From assembly GCA_025463875.1 (NCBI GenBank), contig JAODBI010000317.1, forward strand, positions 1-60,247: DNA of 60,247 bases, in the 5' to 3' direction. This DNA comes from Actinomycetes bacterium (GTDB lineage Bacteria; Actinomycetota; Acidimicrobiia; IMCC26256; PALSA-610). Positions 53,643-60,247 of the stretch are shown here, piece by piece. The position numbers and the translations under genes are program-made. Numbering within the stretch: position 1 is the stretch's first letter; every line of letters starts with the position of its first letter. The notes beneath the pieces are model-generated. The model searched no databases and was not told the DNA's origin. It saw nothing but the letters and a program-made list of their open reading frames with translations.

Positions 53643-54662
53643 TTATTGCAGTGCGAAGTAGCCCGGAACCGCTTCGTGCGGCGTGTCGAGATACACCTTG
53701 GCTTCGGGGCGCCCCGCGAATCGACCGTGACTCCAGCGGATCTCGACGTGCCCGGCGACGACGCGTTCGGCCCGCGTGTCGCGCTCGCGGACGATTGCGC
53801 GCCACGTCACCATCGGCTGACCTCCGGCGCGGGGTTCGATGTCGAACGCGCGCAGCTCGAAATGTCGGCGCCAGTCCCAGGGAGTTGCGATCCGCAGACG
53901 CAGGAACCCGTTCGACGCCGCGCCGAGCACGAAGTACGGAGCGCTCCCGATGCGAAGGAGTCGCCACAGCATCGATTCACCGTCGGTGCCGATCGCCTCG
54001 CGCCAGCGGCGCGCCGACGCGTCGGCGACGCGCTCGACCATCGCGTCGTAGTGACGGCCGGCATCACCCGGCCAACCCGTCGCGAGCCGGTGTCCGAGAT
54101 CCTGGCGCTGGCGGGCATCGAGGCCGTCGAGCAACTCCGGAAGCTCGAAGTCGCCCAGTGTCAGTAGCTCGTCGCGCAGTGCGGAGTGCACCGCCGCGTA
54201 CAGCGCGGTGTGCTCGTCGGGCGCGACCTCGCCGAACCAGTCGGCGCCGCGTCGGCCGTGACCGCCCGCGAGGAGCCGGTCGAAGAGGTGGTGGGGAGAT
54301 GCGTTCACCACGATGCGCGACAGGTACTTGCAACTGACGAGGTAGACGTGGTCGATTCGGAGATCGGCGGGGACGACCTCGTCGCCCGGCGCGCGGTGTG
54401 CGCCCTTCCACTCGACGACCATGGGAGGGCGCCCGCGCAGGCCGGCGCGCGCCGCGAGGAACGCGGCCCCGTTCATCAGCGCGGCGGTGAAGACGTCGGG
54501 ATGCCGGCGTTCCTTCCACGCGCGCAGCAACGTCTCGTAGTCGGAAGGTTCGACGTTGAGCAGGGCGGCGGGCGCGGCGACGAGCGCGGCTTCGACGTCG
54601 TCGTAACCCAGCATCCCGAGTCCGGTGACGACCTCGGTGATCGTCGTCCGGAGATCGGCCAC
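53643..54662 (-). CDS. hypothetical protein, candidate restriction endonuclease partner of the upstream methyltransferase
   Basis: The GTG start overlaps the methyltransferase stop by 1 nt (TAGTG). I recognised no family. A possible nuclease-core arrangement PAD-x9-VSCK lies at about 54321-54372. Position and coupling are the main evidence. Confidence 0.45.
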   Translation of the reverse strand: MADLRTTITEVVTGLGMLGYDDVEAALVAAPAALLNVEPSDYETLLRAWKERRHPDVFTAALMNGAAFLAARAGLRGRPPMVVEWKGAHRAPGDEVVPADLRIDHVYLVSCKYLSRIVVNASPHHLFDRLLAGGHGRRGADWFGEVAPDEHTALYAAVHSALRDELLTLGDFELPELLDGLDARQRQDLGHRLATGWPGDAGRHYDAMVERVADASARRWREAIGTDGESMLWRLLRIGSAPYFVLGAASNGFLRLRIATPWDWRRHFELRAFDIEPRAGGQPMVTWRAIVRERDTRAERVVAGHVEIRWSHGRFAGRPEAKVYLDTPHEAVPGYFALQ

Positions 54663-56083
54663 TACGTGTGCCCGCCCGCCGCGTACTTGCGCAGCGATTC
54701 GTAGCCGGCCGAGGTGCGCATCTCGATGACGTCGAACACGATGTCTTCGGCTTTGCGCAGCGCGACATCGCCCTCGCTGCCCGGGCGCGGGACGTGCGAG
54801 GTCAGGAACACGATGGGACCCTTGACGTTCTGGGCGAGGACGTGCGCGCGGCCGAGCGATTTCCACACGGTGTCGGTACGCAAGAGCCCGCCGCGCGTGC
54901 TCGTGAACGCGCCCGACACGTCGAAGTACCACTCGACGTCGTCGGCGTCGGTGGCGATGAAGTTGATCACGACGCCGGTGCCGCGCACGCGTTGGTTCTT
55001 GGCGACGATCGTGAAGCCGGTCTCCTTCAGGAGCTCCTCGGCGAGTGCCTGCGCGGCCTTGCCCTCGCGCGACGCGCGCGCCTGGAAGTCGGCACCGTCG
55101 CCGTCGGGTTCGGGCTGCGGAGGATCGAGGACAACGGCCGTCGGCGCCGGAGCGGCGCCCTCGTCGCGCACGCGTAGGCGCGCGATGTCGACGTAGGTGG
55201 GATCGAGGTCGTAACCGACGTAACGCCGATCGAGGCGGGCCGCCGCCACCAGCGTCGATCCCGACCCCATGAACGGGTCGAGCACGAGATCGCCGGAGTA
55301 CGTGTAGAGGCGGATCAGCCGCTCGGGCAGCTCGACCGGAAACGGTGCGGGGTGTGACACCCGGCGCGCGCTCTCGGGCGGGATGTCCCAGACGTCGAGC
55401 GTGGCGGCCATGAATTCATCGGCGTCGATGGTGCTCTCGGAGGGCAGCCCCGAACGCTCGCGTTCCGGACGGCTCTTCGCCCGATCGAATCGACCCTTGC
55501 TCGCGATGATCACGCGCTCGGTGATGTCGCGCACGACGGGGTTTGCCGCCTTGCGGAAGGAGCCCCACGCGCAGTTGCCCGCCGCGCCCTCGCCCTTGCG
55601 CCAGATCACCTCGCCGCGTAACAAGAGCTTCAGGTCGTCCTGGAGGATGTGGATGACGTCGGCGGAGAGGCTGCGGTACGGCTTGCGACCGAGGTTCGCG
55701 ACGTTCACGGCGATGCGGCCGCCCGGCTCGAGCTTGCGCGCGCACTCCGCGAACACACCGCGCAGCATGTCGAGGTATTCGAGGTACGACGCGGGGACGC
55801 CTTCGCGTTCCAGCTCCTCTTCGTATTGCTTGCCGGCGAAGTACGGCGGCGACGTGACCACGAGGGCGACCGAATTGTCGAGCACCGCGTCCATGTGGCG
55901 GGCGTCGCCTTCGACGAACGGTTCGACGATCTCGTACGGCGCGGGCACGTCGTCGTCGCCGGAGACCGAAGGCGCTTCGAAGCGTTCGTAGAACGCCGAT
56001 GCGTCGTGACTCTCACGCTTGCCGACACCGAAATTCGAGGTTGAAGTGCCGCCCTTGGGGGCGCGCTTCTTCGGGGTCGGCAT
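54662..56083 (-). CDS. beta-class N4/N6 DNA methyltransferase with extra C-terminal domain of ~150 aa
   Basis: Motif IV TSPPY (about 55841-55855) precedes the AdoMet motif LDPFMGSGST (about 55256-55279), which is beta-class order. The region SHPAPFPVELPERLI is present, and a C-terminal domain of unknown function follows. Confidence 0.85.
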   Translation of the reverse strand: MPTPKKRAPKGGTSTSNFGVGKRESHDASAFYERFEAPSVSGDDDVPAPYEIVEPFVEGDARHMDAVLDNSVALVVTSPPYFAGKQYEEELEREGVPASYLEYLDMLRGVFAECARKLEPGGRIAVNVANLGRKPYRSLSADVIHILQDDLKLLLRGEVIWRKGEGAAGNCAWGSFRKAANPVVRDITERVIIASKGRFDRAKSRPERERSGLPSESTIDADEFMAATLDVWDIPPESARRVSHPAPFPVELPERLIRLYTYSGDLVLDPFMGSGSTLVAAARLDRRYVGYDLDPTYVDIARLRVRDEGAAPAPTAVVLDPPQPEPDGDGADFQARASREGKAAQALAEELLKETGFTIVAKNQRVRGTGVVINFIATDADDVEWYFDVSGAFTSTRGGLLRTDTVWKSLGRAHVLAQNVKGPIVFLTSHVPRPGSEGDVALRKAEDIVFDVIEMRTSAGYESLRKYAAGGHT

Positions 56084-56151
56084 CGGGCGTAGCCTACGCG
56101 GCCCCTGCGCCAGTCACCGGCGACCGCCTGGTCAGGTGCGACCGGTGGCCC

Positions 56152-56736
56152 TCAACGGCGATACGTCCCGACGAGAACGCCCCGCGCGATCGCGGTGTCA
56201 CGGATCTGCGGCAACGCCTGGACCGAGCTCGGCGCGGAACAGCCGGGGCCGTTCGACGCGTCGCCGTTGTCGGCACAGACGTAGTCACGCAGCGCGTAGA
56301 CGGTGAATCGGTAGTGGTGGGTCGCGCCCGTGGGCGGGCACGGCGGGGTCCACCCCCGGGTACCGCCGGTGTTGTCGAGCTCGCTCACGCCCGCGGCCGT
56401 GCTCGGCACACTGCCCGGTCGAGGTGGCAGCCCGATCACGAGCCAGTGCAGGAAGGTGCCGCGCGGCGCGTCGGGATCGTCGACCACGACGGCGACCGTC
56501 TTTGCCGCGCTCGGAATCGAGATCCAGCGGATCGTCGGCGGGCCGCCCGTCCCGTCGCACGTGTTCGCGCGCGGTAGAGCGGCGCCGTCGACGAAGGCCG
56601 GGCTCGTCACTTTGATCGTCGCGGGCGCGTCGATCGTCTGCAGCGCGCCCGTGTCCTTCGACGTGCTGCCGCCGCACGAGGCAAGCGCGAGCGCGCCGAG
56701 CACGCCGAGCACGACCGCGAATTTGATCGAGCTCAT
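56152..56736 (-). CDS. YbhB/YbcL (PEBP / Raf-kinase-inhibitor-like) family lipoprotein
   Basis: Signal peptide with lipobox ALASCGG. It has VVVDDPDAPRGTFLHW and HHYRFTVYAL, the PEBP family motifs. The start overlaps the upstream stop (ATGA). Confidence 0.85.
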   Translation of the reverse strand: MSSIKFAVVLGVLGALALASCGGSTSKDTGALQTIDAPATIKVTSPAFVDGAALPRANTCDGTGGPPTIRWISIPSAAKTVAVVVDDPDAPRGTFLHWLVIGLPPRPGSVPSTAAGVSELDNTGGTRGWTPPCPPTGATHHYRFTVYALRDYVCADNGDASNGPGCSAPSSVQALPQIRDTAIARGVLVGTYRR

Positions 56737-57347
56737 TCGAGCGGTTCGGCGTTCGCGAGTCGTCCGCCCACGACGTCGAACCAGAAGCCGCCGACGTTGG
56801 GGATGACCGCGTGTACGTCGACGCCCGCGCGCGTCGCGACCAGGCGCAGGATCCCGTGGTGCGTGACGATGCACCCCACCCCGGTGCCGACGTGTGCGAG
56901 TACACCGGTGAGCGCACTGTCGAAGCGGGCGAGCGCGTCGGTGTCCTGCTCGCCGCCGGGTGGTGCACTCATCTCGCCGCGGCGCCACCTGGCGCGCAGC
57001 CCCGGCCAGCGCTCGTCGATCTCGGTGCCGGTGCAGCCCTGCCAGTCGCCGCCGAAGCGCTCGCGAAAGCCGGCGTCGGTCATGACCGGTGACTCGACGT
57101 GCGCGGCGATGATCTCCGCGGTGCGGACCGCGCGCTGCAGGTCGGACGTGTAGATCGCGCGCGGGGCGAAGCTGTCCTGGGCCAGTACCCGGGCGCGCGC
57201 CGCCGCCTGTTCTTCGCCCGCGGGCGTCAGCGGCGGGTCCAGCCAGCCCTGCCAGCGGTGCTCGACGTTCCACGTCGACTCGCCGTGGCGCAACAGCAGC
57301 AGACGTTGAACAGGCTTGGGCACCTGCTTCGGAGTGGGCGGGGCCAT
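56733..57347 (-). CDS. histidine phosphatase family protein (phosphoglycerate-mutase-like)
   Basis: The catalytic motif LLLLRHGESTWN is present, with a later H in VTHHG. The ATG at 57347 is preferred over the track start. Confidence 0.85.
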   Translation of the reverse strand: MAPPTPKQVPKPVQRLLLLRHGESTWNVEHRWQGWLDPPLTPAGEEQAAARARVLAQDSFAPRAIYTSDLQRAVRTAEIIAAHVESPVMTDAGFRERFGGDWQGCTGTEIDERWPGLRARWRRGEMSAPPGGEQDTDALARFDSALTGVLAHVGTGVGCIVTHHGILRLVATRAGVDVHAVIPNVGGFWFDVVGGRLANAEPLE

Positions 57348-57460
57348 GGGAATCACAGTGAAGCAGAGAGGGTTTGACCTGGACGTTCGCCGCGGCGAAA
57401 CTTGACCCATCGGTCAAGTTGTGACCGGGCCCCCTTTTCGGACCCCTCCTGGAGGATCCC

Positions 57461-58624
57461 ATGCCCACCGCCGTCATCGTCGATGCCATCCGCACGCCGC
57501 TCGGGCGCCGCAACGGCAAGTTGAAGGACGTCCACCCCGTCGACCTCGTCGCCCACGTGCTGCAGACGATCGTCGAGCGCAACGGCGTCGACCCCGCGCT
57601 CGTCGAAGACGTGATCATGGGCTGCGTCATGCAGGTCGGCGAGCAGGGCATCAACGTGGGCCGCAACGCCGCCCTCGCGGCCGGTTTCCCCGAGACCACC
57701 GTCGGCACGACGATCGACCGCCAGTGCGGTTCGTCGCAGCAGGCGGCGCACTTCGCGGCGCAGGGAGTGATGGCCGGCGCGTACGACGTCGTCATCGCGG
57801 CCGGTGTCGAGAGCATGACGCGCGTGCCCATGGGTGCGTCGGTCGCCGACGGCAAGTACGGGTTCCCGTTCGGCCCGATGATGACGGGCCGCTACCCGAA
57901 CCTCGTCCCGCAGGGCATCTCCGCGGAATTGATCGCCGAGAAGTGGGGCATCTCCCGCGAGGACAACGACCGGTTCTCGGTCGAGTCGCACCGCCGCGCC
58001 GCTCGCGCCAGGGAAGAAGGCCGGTTCGATCGCGAGATCCTCCCGATCACGGTTCCGTCCGAGTCCGGTGACGAGGTCGTCAACCAGGACGAGGGCATCC
58101 GGCCCGACTCCTCGATGGAGACGCTTGCCAAGCTCAAGCCCGCGTTCAAGCCCGACGGCGTCGTCACGGCCGCCAACTCGTCGCAGATCACCGACGGTGC
58201 GGCCGCGGTGCTGATCATGAGCGAGGAGAAGGCGAACCAGCTCGGGTTGAAGCCGCGTGCCCGCTTCCACACGTTCGCGCTCGCGGGTGTCGACCCGGTC
58301 CTGATGTTGACCGGGCCGATCCCGGCCACGACCAAGGTGCTCGAGAAGGCGAAGATGACGCTCGACCAGATGGATCTCGTCGAGATCAACGAGGCGTTCG
58401 CCCCGGTCGTGCTCTCGTGGGAGAAGGAGCACCACCCCGACATGTCGAAGGTGAACGTGAACGGCGGCGCGATCGCCCTCGGTCACCCGCTCGGCGCGTC
58501 CGGCACCAGGCTCATGACCACGCTGCTCAACGAGCTGGAACGCTCTGGAGGAACGTACGGCCTGCAGACGATGTGCGAAGGCGGCGGCATGGCCAACGCC
58601 ACGATCATCGAACGCCTTTCGTAG
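57461..58624 (+). CDS. acetyl-CoA C-acyl/acetyltransferase (thiolase)
   Basis: 387 aa. The active-site region is TIDRQCGSSQQA and the C-terminal motifs are NVNGGAIALGHPLGASG and CEGGGMANA. Confidence 0.92.
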   Translation: MPTAVIVDAIRTPLGRRNGKLKDVHPVDLVAHVLQTIVERNGVDPALVEDVIMGCVMQVGEQGINVGRNAALAAGFPETTVGTTIDRQCGSSQQAAHFAAQGVMAGAYDVVIAAGVESMTRVPMGASVADGKYGFPFGPMMTGRYPNLVPQGISAELIAEKWGISREDNDRFSVESHRRAARAREEGRFDREILPITVPSESGDEVVNQDEGIRPDSSMETLAKLKPAFKPDGVVTAANSSQITDGAAAVLIMSEEKANQLGLKPRARFHTFALAGVDPVLMLTGPIPATTKVLEKAKMTLDQMDLVEINEAFAPVVLSWEKEHHPDMSKVNVNGGAIALGHPLGASGTRLMTTLLNELERSGGTYGLQTMCEGGGMANATIIERLS

Positions 58625-58646
58625 GGGCGTACGCTCGACGGCGGTC

Positions 58647-58919
58647 ATGGTCGACGTCGTCTGGTTCGGACTCAAGGTGCTCGCCGCGATCTTCGCGGCG
58701 ATCGTGCTTTACCTGATCGGCGCGCGCAGCATCCGCAACTTCGCCAAGGGCGATCCGCCGCCCGACCCGTCCGAGGTCGAGCTCGAGGACGTCGACTACC
58801 GCTACCGCTGCATCGTCTGCGGCGCGCAACTGGTGCTGTACTCCGCGCCCGAGGGCGACGTCCCGGAAGCGCCCCGCCACTGCCGCGAACCGATGGTGCT
58901 CGTCACGCCCGTCGAGTAG
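58647..58919 (+). CDS. small membrane-anchored protein with zinc-ribbon-like CxxC...HC motif
   Basis: It has an N-terminal TM helix followed by YRCIVCGAQLVLY...PRHCREPM. I recognised no family. Confidence 0.5.
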   Translation: MVDVVWFGLKVLAAIFAAIVLYLIGARSIRNFAKGDPPPDPSEVELEDVDYRYRCIVCGAQLVLYSAPEGDVPEAPRHCREPMVLVTPVE

Positions 58920-58955
58920 CTCCCGGCGACTCGCACCGAGAGCCGAGTACCGCCG

Positions 58956-58988
58956 TAACCCACAGCCTGTGGATAACTCTGTGGGGAA
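58956..58988. promoter_or_regulatory. cluster of three DnaA-box-like 9-mers
   Basis: TAACCCACA lies at 58956-58964 (forward, 7/9 to TTATCCACA). TGTGGATAA lies at 58968-58976 (perfect reverse complement of TTATCCACA). TGTGGGGAA lies at 58980-58988 (7/9). Spacing is 12 bp, between convergent gene ends. Confidence 0.3.
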
Positions 58989-59029
58989 TCACACGTTTGC
59001 GATTCGGTCACCTACCGGCAACCCGGCCG

Positions 59030-59263
59030 TCAGCGGTAGTTCGTCGCCATGAGGAACCCGCCGCTGATGAGGGCGATGCCGAGGAGCAGGTAGCGGTTCT
59101 CGGTGTCCGGCCCGGGCAGCAGGTTCAGGTAGTTGGTGACGACGACGATGAGCCCGACGGCCAGCAACGTCGTGAGCCCGACCGGCACCCAGAGCTTCGA
59201 GGGGGGCGCCTTCTTCGGCGGCGGCGGCGTGTAGCGCGACCGCTTGCTCTTACTCTCGGGCAT
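59030..59263 (-). CDS. crgA: cell division protein CrgA
   Basis: MPESKSKRSRYTPPPPKKAPPSKLWVPVGLTTLLAVGLIVVVTNYLNLLPG...LLLGIALISGGFLMATNYR is a basic N-terminus plus two TM helices. Its position divergent from trpG matches other actinobacteria. Confidence 0.85.
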   Translation of the reverse strand: MPESKSKRSRYTPPPPKKAPPSKLWVPVGLTTLLAVGLIVVVTNYLNLLPGPDTENRYLLLGIALISGGFLMATNYR

Positions 59264-59291
59264 GGCGGAAAGAGTACGCGACAATGCCTGC

Positions 59292-59894
59292 GTGCCGCGC
59301 GTGCTGGTGATCGACAACTACGACTCGTTCGTCTACAACCTCGTCCAGTACCTGGGTGAGTTGGGCGCCGAGCCGGTGGTGCATCGCCATGACGCCGTGT
59401 CGCTCGACGAGATGCGCGCCCTCGAGCCCGACGCGGTGTTGATCTCGCCCGGCCCGGGCCGTCCGTCCGACGCCGGGCTCTCGAACGACGCGATCCGCGC
59501 CTTCGGCGAATCCGGTACCCCGGTGTTCGGCGTGTGTCTCGGACTGCAGTGCATCGGCGAGCTCTACGGTGGCTCCGTCGTGCGCGCACCGCACGTCATG
59601 CACGGCAAGACGTCGGAGATCAGTCACTCGGGCGCGGGAGTGTTCGCGGGGTTGCCCGTGCCGTTCACGGCCACGCGTTACCACTCGCTCGTCGTCGCGC
59701 GCGAGACGGTGCCCGCGGTGCTCGAGATCACCGCCGAGTCGGAGGACGGGCTCGTCATGGGGCTCCGCCACCGCGAATTCCCGATCGAGGGTGTGCAGTT
59801 CCACCCCGAATCGATCCTCACGAACGGCGGCCACCAGCTGCTGGCGAACTTCCTCGCCGGGGCGGGCGCGGAAGGTGTGCGCGCCCCCGCGTGA
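59292..59894 (+). CDS. trpG: anthranilate/aminodeoxychorismate synthase glutamine amidotransferase component II
   Basis: VLVIDNYDSFVYNLVQYLGELG is present, with the catalytic GVCLGLQ and C-terminal GVQFHPES. The GTG at 59292 is preferred, because the track ATG overlaps the crgA start region. Confidence 0.9.
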   Translation: MPRVLVIDNYDSFVYNLVQYLGELGAEPVVHRHDAVSLDEMRALEPDAVLISPGPGRPSDAGLSNDAIRAFGESGTPVFGVCLGLQCIGELYGGSVVRAPHVMHGKTSEISHSGAGVFAGLPVPFTATRYHSLVVARETVPAVLEITAESEDGLVMGLRHREFPIEGVQFHPESILTNGGHQLLANFLAGAGAEGVRAPA

Positions 59895-60246
59895 CCTCGG
59901 CGAGACCGTCGTCGAGCAACGACGCGAGCACCTCGCCGTCGAGCTCGCCCGCGGCGACCGGTCCGACCCGGAGCCGGGCCATGACGATGCCGCGCTGCTG
60001 ACGAAACGATCCCTCGAAGCGCGATTGCCGGTGCTTCGTCTCGTCGACGTGTGTGCCGCGCGTCGCGCACATGGCGACGATCGGACAACGATCACATTGC
60101 GGTGAACGGGCGACGCACACGGTCGCGCCGAGATCCATCACCGCGAGCAGCCGGTCACGCGGGTCGAGCCCCGCACCCAGCTCGCGCGCGCACTCCTCGG
60201 CCTCGGGATCCGTGAGTCGCGTTCCCCGCACGCGCTCGCATACGCG
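59818..60246 (-). CDS. HhH-GPD family adenine DNA glycosylase (MutY-like), C-terminal part (5' end outside the window)
   Basis: The frame is open to the window edge. The FeS-cluster loop reads MDLGATVCVARSPQCDRCPIVAMC and is followed by SRFEGSFRQQRG. The 3' end overlaps convergent trpG by ~77 nt. Confidence 0.8.
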   Translation of the reverse strand, partial: RVCERVRGTRLTDPEAEECARELGAGLDPRDRLLAVMDLGATVCVARSPQCDRCPIVAMCATRGTHVDETKHRQSRFEGSFRQQRGIVMARLRVGPVAAGELDGEVLASLLDDGLAEVTRGRAHLPRPPRRGSSPAAGGRRS

Positions 60247-60247
60247 G

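Noticed and set aside
52837-53967. 376-aa version of the SDR gene, and the 429-aa version of the ORF ending at 53643.
   Set aside because: The N-terminal extensions are Arg-rich and overlap the neighbouring genes. Internal GTG starts give normal-length proteins with proper gene junctions.
56152-57855. 567-aa ORF on the minus strand.
   Set aside because: Only the C-terminal 194 codons (PEBP-family lipoprotein from the ATG at 56736) are credible. The upstream part runs antisense or off-frame through the histidine phosphatase and thiolase genes.
58956-58988. Chromosomal replication origin (oriC).
   Set aside because: There are only three box-like motifs, no adjacent AT-rich unwinding element and no dnaA/dnaN genes nearby. 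At most it is an auxiliary DnaA site or a hairpin.

Overview
This is a visibly GC-rich, gene-dense bacterial chromosomal window; I did not compute GC content. Synteny points to Actinomycetota and an origin-proximal region. The left edge carries gyrB(partial)-gyrA-DUF3566 membrane protein plus tRNA-Ile and tRNA-Ala. The right edge carries crgA-trpG and a MutY-like glycosylase. Between these anchors lie about 50 kb of mostly accessory genes:

- a GT-C-like membrane glycosyltransferase and an MprF/DUF2156-type protein with an unusual N-terminal fusion;
- a 5.8-kb segment downstream of tRNA-Ala, bounded by a degenerate copy of the tRNA 3' part. It carries an S8 protease with a (WNGSS)x12 tail, a GGDEF-EAL protein and a GNAT;
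- GH5, nitronate monooxygenase, a molybdopterin oxidoreductase, ArsR-SRPBCC, an ECF sigma/YCII pair and a sulfotransferase pair;
- an Opu-type compatible-solute ABC transporter;
- a Ni/Co-type ECF transporter (cbiMN-Q-O) coupled to a Fur-family regulator, divergent from DUF4331, His-rich and Tat-signal genes;
- a Type II R-M-like pair and housekeeping genes (SDR, PEBP, histidine phosphatase, thiolase).

The most interesting region is about 38.5-52.7 kb. It holds two giant secreted multidomain proteins. One has a lysyl-oxidase-like domain and the other a galactose/glyoxal-oxidase-type copper-radical-oxidase domain. They share an unassigned module of about 200 aa, six copies in total. Between and beside them are a secreted 3x28-aa DDHG-repeat protein, a HisKA_3/NarL two-component pair, an HD-GYP remnant and a MauE-family membrane protein.

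I recognised no rRNA, CRISPR array, transposase or integrase. Start codons (many GTG/TTG) and domain borders are approximate. All family assignments come from motifs read by eye, not database searches.
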